A stretch of 32,000 nt of DNA from Paracoccus suum. Lineage in GTDB: Bacteria > Pseudomonadota > Alphaproteobacteria > Rhodobacterales > Rhodobacteraceae. The stretch spans positions 300,001 to 332,000 of the forward strand of contig NZ_CP030918.1 of assembly GCF_003324675.1 (NCBI RefSeq). Reading direction: 5' to 3'. Shown here in pieces: positions 25,783 through 32,000 of this stretch. The notes under the pieces are model-generated. The model was not told where the DNA came from. It saw nothing but the letters and a program-made list of their open reading frames with translations, and did not search any database. Both the position numbers and the translations under genes were made by a program. The first letter of the stretch is position 1, and the number at the start of each line of letters is the position of its first letter.

Positions 25783-27225
25783 ATGCGGCGACATCGCAAG
25801 GTCAAGATCGTAGCAACCCTCGGCCCGTCATCCAGCGATTACGAGACCATCAAGACCCTGTTCGAGGCTGGCGCCGACGTCTTTCGCCTGAACATGAGCC
25901 ACGGCACCCATGCCGACCAGAAGGCGCGATATGACATCATCCGCCGGATCGAGGCGGAAACCGGACGTCCGATTGCGGTCCTGGCCGATCTTCAGGGCCC
26001 AAAGCTGCGCGTCGGCACCTTCGGCAACCCCCAGACGCTGGCCGAAGGGGCGCCGTTCCGCTTTGACCTCGACCCGGCAGCCGGCGACGCGCAGCGGGTG
26101 AGCCTGCCGCACCCCGAGATTTTTGCCGCGCTCGTTCCCGGCACCGAATTGCTGGTGAACGACGGCAAGATTCGGCTGCGGGTCTTGGCCTGCGGACCCG
26201 ATTTCGCCGACTGCGTGGTCACCTCGGGCGGCGTCATTTCCGACCGCAAGGGCGTGAACGTCCCCGATGTCGTCCTGCCGCTGGCGGCTCTGTCCGCCAA
26301 GGACCGCGACGATCTGGAATTCGCCTGCCAGATCGGCGCCGACTGGCTGGCGCTCAGCTTTGTCCAGCGGGCCGAGGACGTGTTCGAGGCGCGCGAGTTA
26401 GCCCAGGGCCGGGCGGCGATCCTCTCCAAGATCGAAAAACCGGCGGCGGTGCGCGCTTTTGACGCCATCCTCGCCGCCTCGGACGGAATCATGGTCGCGC
26501 GCGGTGACCTGGGTGTGGAATGCCCGGTCCATGCGGTCCCGCCGATTCAGAAGCGGTTGGTGCGCGCCTGCCGCGCGGCCGCGAAGCCCGTGATCGTTGC
26601 GACCCAGATGCTGGAGAGCATGATCGAAAGCCCGATGCCGACCCGGGCCGAGGTCAGCGATGTCGCCACCGCCATCTACGAAGGCGCGGACGCGGTCATG
26701 CTGTCGGCCGAAAGCGCCGCCGGCCGCTATCCGGTCGAGGCGGTCTCGACCATGGATTCCGTCGCCCGCAGCGTTGAATCCGACCCAACCTACCGCGAGA
26801 TCATCGAAAGTTCGCGCCGGGCGGACCGCACCTCGGTCGCCGATGCAATGGTGGCTGCCGCGCGCGAGATCGCCGAGACAACCGACATCAGCGCTATCTG
26901 CGCGTTCACCCAGTCCGGCACGACCGCCAGCCTGATCGCCCGCGAACGCCCGCGGGTGCCGATCGTCGCCCTCTCCTCGGTCGACGCGGTGCTGCGCCGC
27001 CTGTGCCTGACCTGGGGAACGCATTGCGTCGCGACCCCTGCGCTGCACAGGTTCCGCGAGGCGGTCGTCGCCGCCGTCGGCGCGGCGCGCGATTACGGCT
27101 TTGCGGACGAGACCAACCAGATCGCCGTTATCGCCGGGGTGCCGTTCAACGTTGCAGGTTCCACCAACATCCTGCGCGTCGCCCCCTGTGACGAACGCTT
27201 GATCTATCGCACCGATCCCGAATAG
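25783..27225 (+). CDS. pyk: Pyruvate kinase
   Basis: RKVKIVATLGPSS, FRLNMSHG, MVARGDLGVE and ATQMLESM motifs. AGGAAG Shine-Dalgarno upstream of ATG 25783. Confidence 0.93.
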   Translation: MRRHRKVKIVATLGPSSSDYETIKTLFEAGADVFRLNMSHGTHADQKARYDIIRRIEAETGRPIAVLADLQGPKLRVGTFGNPQTLAEGAPFRFDLDPAAGDAQRVSLPHPEIFAALVPGTELLVNDGKIRLRVLACGPDFADCVVTSGGVISDRKGVNVPDVVLPLAALSAKDRDDLEFACQIGADWLALSFVQRAEDVFEARELAQGRAAILSKIEKPAAVRAFDAILAASDGIMVARGDLGVECPVHAVPPIQKRLVRACRAAAKPVIVATQMLESMIESPMPTRAEVSDVATAIYEGADAVMLSAESAAGRYPVEAVSTMDSVARSVESDPTYREIIESSRRADRTSVADAMVAAAREIAETTDISAICAFTQSGTTASLIARERPRVPIVALSSVDAVLRRLCLTWGTHCVATPALHRFREAVVAAVGAARDYGFADETNQIAVIAGVPFNVAGSTNILRVAPCDERLIYRTDPE

Positions 27226-27260
27226 AGGGGACCGCGTCCGGCAACCCAAAGGCTTAGACC

Positions 27261-27485
27261 ATGACCGACCTTCTGTTGATCGCTGGCACCGCGCTATGCG
27301 CCCTGTCGGTTCTGATGGCGGCGGTTGCGGTCGCCCGGACAGAGGCGCCGCGCAGTGCCGCCGCGATGCTGGTGCTGGGGATCTTGCTGATATTCCTCGG
27401 CGCGTTCCTCTCGCCCGACCCGTTCGTGGTCCAAGACATTCCCGCCGCCTGGCGTCACCTGATGGCAGGCACGCTGTCGCTGTAA
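27261..27485 (+). CDS. Hypothetical 74-aa two-helix membrane protein
   Basis: Two hydrophobic segments ([21 protein letters not shown] and [18 protein letters not shown]). High GC3 in this frame. AAAGG lies 8 nt upstream of the ATG. No family recognised. Confidence 0.5.
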   Translation: MTDLLLIAGTALCALSVLMAAVAVARTEAPRSAAAMLVLGILLIFLGAFLSPDPFVVQDIPAAWRHLMAGTLSL

Positions 27486-27489
27486 CACC

Positions 27490-27518
27490 TTGCGATCTTT
27501 CGCGCACCCGCGTATAGG
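27490..27518 (+). promoter_or_regulatory. Candidate sigma70-type promoter for rpmI-rplT
   Basis: TTGCGA (27490-27495), 17-nt spacer, TATAGG (27513-27518). This leaves a ~70-nt GC-rich leader before rpmI. Confidence 0.4.
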
Positions 27519-27594
27519 GCGCGCTTCCATCCCCGCGCTGCCGGCCGATTGGCATTGCCGAGCCGCGCGAACACGCTCTGCAAAGGAGTCGAAA

Positions 27595-27795
27595 ATGCCG
27601 AAGATGAAGACCAAGGCCGCAGCCAAGAAGCGGTTCTCGATGACCGCCAGCGGACGCGTCAAGGCCGGCCCGGCCGGCAAGCGCCACGGCATGATCAAAC
27701 GCTCGACGAAATTCATCCGCGAAGTGACCGGGACCATGCTCCTGTCCGCCGCGGACGCGAAGATCGTCAAGAAATACATGCCCTACGACCGCTGA
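27595..27795 (+). CDS. rpmI: 50S ribosomal protein L35
   Basis: [19 protein letters not shown]...AGKRH, 66 aa. AAAGGAG Shine-Dalgarno. The track start at 27490 is rejected. Confidence 0.95.
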   Translation: MPKMKTKAAAKKRFSMTASGRVKAGPAGKRHGMIKRSTKFIREVTGTMLLSAADAKIVKKYMPYDR

Positions 27796-27808
27796 GAGGA
27801 TCTGAACC

Positions 27809-28189
27809 ATGTCCCGCGTTAAATCCGGCAAGGTCACCCACGCCCGCCACAAGAAGGTCCTCGAGGCCGCCAAAGGCTATTACGGCAACCGTTCGCGCAA
27901 CTTCCGCACCGCGACCCAGGCTGTCGACAAGGCCAACCAGTACGCGACCCGCGACCGCAAAGCCCGCAAGCGCAATTTCCGCGCGCTGTGGATCGCGCGA
28001 ATCAACGCCGCCGTTCGCGCTGTCGATGCCGAGATGACCTACTCGCGCTTCATCGCCGCGCTGGCGAAGGCCGGGATCGAGGTGGACCGCAAGGTCCTCG
28101 CCGACCTCGCGGTGCACGAGCCCGATGCGTTCGGTGCGATCGTGGCCCAAGCCAAGGCCGCTGCCGGCACCGAAGCCGCGGCAGCCTGA
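27809..28189 (+). CDS. rplT: 50S ribosomal protein L20
   Basis: [57 protein letters not shown]. Confidence 0.96.
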   Translation: MSRVKSGKVTHARHKKVLEAAKGYYGNRSRNFRTATQAVDKANQYATRDRKARKRNFRALWIARINAAVRAVDAEMTYSRFIAALAKAGIEVDRKVLADLAVHEPDAFGAIVAQAKAAAGTEAAAA

Positions 28190-28209
28190 TCGGCGACCAG
28201 CAAATTCGA

Positions 28210-28237
28210 GGCCCCGCCACCAAGGCGGGGCCTTTTT
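28210..28237 (+). terminator. rplT rho-independent terminator
   Basis: GGCCCCGCC-ACCAA-GGCGGGGCC followed by TTTTT, 21 nt after the rplT stop. Confidence 0.8.
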
Positions 28238-28443
28238 GCATTTGTTAGGGCTCGGGGCGGAGCTGACGCAGGCCTGCAGGCGTCGCCAACGGCGGTAGCG
28301 GGCGGGCCCCCTCGGCCACGAGGAGTAGCGCTATAGCAACTAACCGCCCAGCCGACGCCAGTGCTGTCGCGCGAAAGGGCCGATGAGGCCCGTCCCGCGC
28401 TGTTCCTGCTGCAATCGCCCTCGTGGCTCCCTATCTCGCAGGG

Positions 28444-29805
28444 ATGAACATCGCTCCGTCTCCCCTGCCGCCCCGCGTCGCCCTCGCCCGTCAGCCGCTC
28501 GGCATCCTCGGTTCGGCCCTCACGGCGCGCCGCAACGTGCTGGAACTGATCCCCGAGATCGCGACCCGCCAGCCGATCGTGTCCGGCAAGGTCGGCACGC
28601 GCTGGCACATGGTCGTGGACCCCGCCGCCCTGCGCCGCATCCTCAAGGAACGCCCCGAGGATTATCCCAAGTCGGTCGTTACCCGCGCCATTCTCGAGCC
28701 GGCCATCGGCGACAGCATGTTCGTGGCCGAGGGAGCGCATTGGCGCTGGCAGCGGCTGGCCGCGGCGCCCGCCTTTTCCGCCCGCAACGTCGAGGCCCTC
28801 GCCCCGGTCATGACCGCAGCCGCCGAGGCCGCGAGCGCACGCCTCGCCGCCGCCACCGGCCCCGTGGACATGTTCGCTGAAATGGTGACCGCGACCTTCG
28901 AGGTGATCGCCGACGTGACGCTGTCCTCGGGCGCCAGCTTTGACAGCGCGACGGTGCATGACGCTATCGAGCGCTACATCGCAGGCGCGGCCCGGATCTC
29001 GGTCCTCGACGTGATGGGTGCGCCCGGCTGGTTGCCGCGGCCCGGCCGCCTGCGCGCCGGGGCCGATCTGCGCCGCACCCGGGCCCTGGCCGACCGCGCC
29101 ATCGCCGCCCGTGCGGCTAGCGGCCCACGCACCCCGCCGGACCTACTGGACCTGCTGCGCGAGGGCCGCGATGCCGAAACCGGGCGCGCTATGAACCCGG
29201 GCGAGTTGCGCGACAATCTGCTGACCTTCATCGTCGCGGGGCACGAGACGACTGCACTGACCCTGGCCTGGTCCTTGTGGCTTACCGCCTTCGACCCGGC
29301 GGTGCAGGCGCGGGCAGCGGCCGAGGCGCAGACCGCCCTCGGACCGCGCGCTGCGACCGCCGCTGATCTGCCCGCTCTGCCCTACATCCAGGCCATCGTG
29401 CAGGAGGCGTTGCGTCTTTATCCGCCGGCGGCGTTCCTGTCGCGCACCGCCCGCGCGCCCGACACACTGTGCGGGCGCACTGTGGCGCCGGGCGAGACGG
29501 TGATGCTGCCGATCTATGCGCTGCACCGCCACCACCTGCTGTGGGACCGGCCCGACGCCTTCGACCCCGCGCGTTTTGGCCCCGGCGCGACGCCCCCCGA
29601 CCGTTTTGCCTTCCTGCCCTTCGGCGCGGGCCCGCGGATCTGCATCGGCGCCAACTTTGCCCTGCAAGAGGCCGCGATCATCCTGGCCACCCTGCTGGCG
29701 CGCTTTAACCTTGCGACGATCCCCGGCCGCCGGCCCCAGCCACGCATGATCCTGACCCTGCGCCCCCACGGCGGATGCTGGCTGAGCGTGACCCCACGTC
29801 GCTGA
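28444..29805 (+). CDS. Cytochrome P450 monooxygenase (I-helix AGHETT type)
   Basis: I-helix FIVAGHETTA, K-helix EALRLYPP and heme-thiolate loop FLPFGAGPRICIGANFALQEA. ATG 28444 is preferred, with the track GTG at 28423 as an alternative. Confidence 0.9.
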   Translation: MNIAPSPLPPRVALARQPLGILGSALTARRNVLELIPEIATRQPIVSGKVGTRWHMVVDPAALRRILKERPEDYPKSVVTRAILEPAIGDSMFVAEGAHWRWQRLAAAPAFSARNVEALAPVMTAAAEAASARLAAATGPVDMFAEMVTATFEVIADVTLSSGASFDSATVHDAIERYIAGAARISVLDVMGAPGWLPRPGRLRAGADLRRTRALADRAIAARAASGPRTPPDLLDLLREGRDAETGRAMNPGELRDNLLTFIVAGHETTALTLAWSLWLTAFDPAVQARAAAEAQTALGPRAATAADLPALPYIQAIVQEALRLYPPAAFLSRTARAPDTLCGRTVAPGETVMLPIYALHRHHLLWDRPDAFDPARFGPGATPPDRFAFLPFGAGPRICIGANFALQEAAIILATLLARFNLATIPGRRPQPRMILTLRPHGGCWLSVTPRR

Positions 29806-29901
29806 CCTGCAACGAAAAATTCATCTGCGGTTCGGCAAAAAAGCGGATGGTCCTCTGCGGCACCCCTCGCCTCGCGGCCCGGGCCGCGTTATCCCTTGCG
29901 C

Positions 29902-30987
29902 ATGCCAATCCTCACACGCATTCGCCAAGAATCGCCGCTGCTGTCCCTGGCCCTGACCTGGCTGGCGCTGCAATCCTACGCCGCGCCCACCTCGGGCGTC
30001 GCGGGGCTGGCCATGTTCATCTGGCTGTTCATCGTGATGATCTGGGGCGCGGGCGGCGTTCTGCACCACGCCGAGGCGGTGGCCGAGCGCCTGGGCGAGC
30101 CGCTGGGCACCCTGGTGCTGACCCTCGCCGTTGTCGGCATCGAGGTGGCGCTGATCGCCTCGGTCATGCTGACGGGCGAGAGCAAGCCGACCCTCGCGCG
30201 CGATACAATGTTCGCCGTCGTGATGATCGTCCTGAACCTGCTGACCGGCATCTCGCTGCTGCTGGGCGCGCTGAAATTCGGCGAGCAGAACTACAACCTT
30301 GCCGGCGCGCGCGCCTTTTTGTCGCTGATGCTGCCGCTGGCGATCTTTTCGATGATCCTGCCTGCCTACACCACTTCGCACCGGACACCGACCTTCTCCA
30401 GCTTTCAGGCGCTGTTCTTTTCGATCGTGACGATCGTCCTCTATGGCCTGTTCCTGCTGATGCAGACCGTGCGTCACCGCGGCTATTTCACCGAACCGGA
30501 GGAGCCCAAGGTCGAGGAGCACGGCCACGCCCAATACGCCACCTGGGTGCACGCGCTGCTGATGCTCGCGACTCTCGTGCCGATCGTGCTGCTGTCCAAG
30601 ACGCTGGCCAAGTTCGTTGACCTCGGCCTCGATTCTCTCGGCCTGCCGGCGGCCTTGGGCGGCGTTCTGATCGCCATGATCGTGCTGATCCCCGAGGGCT
30701 CGAGCGCGGTCAAGGCGGCGCTGCGCAACCGGCTGCAGCGCGCGATCAACCTCTGCCTCGGGGCGGCACTGTCGACAATCGGCCTGACCGTGCCGGTGGC
30801 GCTGGGGATCGGCGCCTGGCTGGGGCAGGACGTCGTTCTGGGCCTGTCGCCGGTCAACCAGATCCTGCTCGCGACCTCGCTGATGACGGCAATCCTGACC
30901 TTTGGCACCGCGCGCACGAATGTGCTGCACGGCGCGGTCCATATCGTCATGTTCCTGGCCTATCTGGCGCTGATCTTCGCCCCTTGA
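29902..30987 (+). CDS. chaA: Ca2+/H+ antiporter, CaCA superfamily (ChaA-like)
   Basis: ~11 TM segments. Two alpha-repeat-like regions (LGTLVLTLAVVGIEVALI and IAMIVLIPEGSSAVKAALRNRLQRAINLCLG). ATG 29902 is preferred over the track TTG at 29896. Confidence 0.8.
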   Translation: MPILTRIRQESPLLSLALTWLALQSYAAPTSGVAGLAMFIWLFIVMIWGAGGVLHHAEAVAERLGEPLGTLVLTLAVVGIEVALIASVMLTGESKPTLARDTMFAVVMIVLNLLTGISLLLGALKFGEQNYNLAGARAFLSLMLPLAIFSMILPAYTTSHRTPTFSSFQALFFSIVTIVLYGLFLLMQTVRHRGYFTEPEEPKVEEHGHAQYATWVHALLMLATLVPIVLLSKTLAKFVDLGLDSLGLPAALGGVLIAMIVLIPEGSSAVKAALRNRLQRAINLCLGAALSTIGLTVPVALGIGAWLGQDVVLGLSPVNQILLATSLMTAILTFGTARTNVLHGAVHIVMFLAYLALIFAP

Positions 30988-31047
30988 TGCCCTTTCCGCC
31001 GGGGCGCCCGGCGTGTAAACCCGGCCCCGCATGACAGCGAGGCCGCG

Positions 31048-32000
31048 ATGACCGATACCGACACCCTGCGCACCGATTGGCTGGCCCGCGTCGCCGAGGC
31101 CGCCGACGCGCCTGCGCTGGAGGCCGTGCGCCTCGCCGCCCTCGGCAAGAAGGGCGAGATCAGCGGCCTGATGAAGGAACTGGGGCGAATGACCCCCGAG
31201 GAACGGCAGTCCCGCGGCGCCGCCCTGAACCAGCTGCGTGACGAGGTCGACGCCGCCCTGCGCGCCCGCAAGCTGGGGCTGGAGGACGCCGCCCTCGACG
31301 CACGCCTGTCGGGCGAGTGGCTGGACGTGACCCTGCCCGGCCGTCCCCGCCCGCGCGGCACCATCCACCCTGTCAGCCAGGTGACCGAGGAGGTCATCGC
31401 GATCTTCGCTGACATGGGCTTCGCCGTCGCCGAGGGTCCGCAGGTCGAAAGTGACTGGTACAACTTCGACGCGCTGAACATCCCGCCCGAGCATCCCGCC
31501 CGGCAGGAGCATGACACCTTCTTCATGGCCCGCGCGGAAGGCGACAACCGCCCGCCCCACGTCCTGCGCACCCACACCAGCCCCGTCCAGATCCGCGCTT
31601 TGCAGGAGCGCGGAACGCCCGTACGCGTGATCGCCCCCGGCCGCGTCTACCGCATGGACATGGACCAGACCCACACACCGATGTTCCACCAGGTCGAGGG
31701 CATGGCCATCGATCGCGACATCTCGATGGCGCAGCTGAAATGGACGCTGGAGGAATTCTGCCGCGCCTTCTTCGAGGTGCCATCGGTCGAACTGCGCTTC
31801 CGCGCCTCGCATTTCCCCTTTACCGAGCCCTCCGCCGAGGTCGATATCCGCTGCTCATGGGAGGGCGGCCAGCTGAAACTGGGCGAGGGCGACAGCTGGC
31901 TGGAAATCCTCGGCAGCGGGATGATGCACCCGAAGGTGCTGGAGGCGGCCGGGGTTGATCCGACGCAGTGGCAGGGGTTTGCCTTCGGGATGGGCATCGA
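31048..32000 (+). CDS. pheS: Phenylalanine-tRNA ligase alpha subunit, 5' portion (runs off the window)
   Basis: My own translation from ATG 31048: [18 protein letters not shown]...[18 protein letters not shown]...HPVSQV...[24 protein letters not shown]...[11 protein letters not shown]...[18 protein letters not shown]...[11 protein letters not shown]...GSGMMHP.V. It is absent from the ORF track because there is no in-window stop. Confidence 0.93.
   Translation, partial: MTDTDTLRTDWLARVAEAADAPALEAVRLAALGKKGEISGLMKELGRMTPEERQSRGAALNQLRDEVDAALRARKLGLEDAALDARLSGEWLDVTLPGRPRPRGTIHPVSQVTEEVIAIFADMGFAVAEGPQVESDWYNFDALNIPPEHPARQEHDTFFMARAEGDNRPPHVLRTHTSPVQIRALQERGTPVRVIAPGRVYRMDMDQTHTPMFHQVEGMAIDRDISMAQLKWTLEEFCRAFFEVPSVELRFRASHFPFTEPSAEVDIRCSWEGGQLKLGEGDSWLEILGSGMMHPKVLEAAGVDPTQWQGFAFGMGI

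Noticed and set aside
29821-31812. 663-aa minus-strand ORF spanning chaA, the intergenic region and pheS
   Set aside because: It is striking in length, but the translation is R/G/Q/H/D-rich with no motifs. It also crosses an intergenic region, and both plus-strand genes are well supported. Attributed to the antisense stop-codon depletion of GC-rich codon usage.

Overview
The window looks like a core chromosomal segment of a high-GC alphaproteobacterium, roughly two-thirds G+C by eye. Gene content and order suggest Rhodobacterales (Paracoccus/Rhodobacter-like), but that is inference only. I found no rRNA, tRNA, CRISPR array, transposase or prophage genes.

Gene order:
- hemH (3' end)
- cydAB-type (CioAB-like) cytochrome bd oxidase plus a 29-aa accessory micro-ORF
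- L,D-transpeptidase (-)
- CAP-domain lipoprotein
- ubiG (-)
- proline iminopeptidase
- rimP-nusA-ylxR/ylxQ fusion-infB operon
- a ~0.8 kb poorly coding spacer
- ppiC-like PPIase-argJ-mutT operon (-), followed by a small orphan ORF (-)
- secA
- MarR regulator plus orphan OmpR-type response regulator (-)
- ilvE
- Prx5 peroxiredoxin (-)
- ferredoxin-reductase-type flavoprotein
- rsmD
- YcjG/DgcA-like epimerase and D-amino-acid aminotransferase
- FGase-family amidohydrolase (-)
- pyk
- small 2-TM ORF
- rpmI-rplT
- cytochrome P450
- ChaA-type Ca2+/H+ antiporter
- pheS (5' part; absent from the ORF track because it runs off the window)

Many very long ORFs in the track are antisense shadow ORFs typical of high-GC DNA, and I rejected them.

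I did not find a convincing novel multi-gene system. The observations most worth a second look are:
1. The spacer after infB. It holds a GC3-biased micro-ORF behind a ~30% GC patch with a perfect TTAA-N7-TTAAC (CtrA-type) box and phased A7 tracts.
2. The epimerase / D-aminotransferase / FGase cluster, a possible D-Glu or murein-peptide salvage module.
3. The P450 + chaA pair that splits rplT from pheS.
4. A promoter plus leader terminator in front of rimP-nusA-infB.

All functional calls rest on my recognition of motifs in the translations. No database search was possible.
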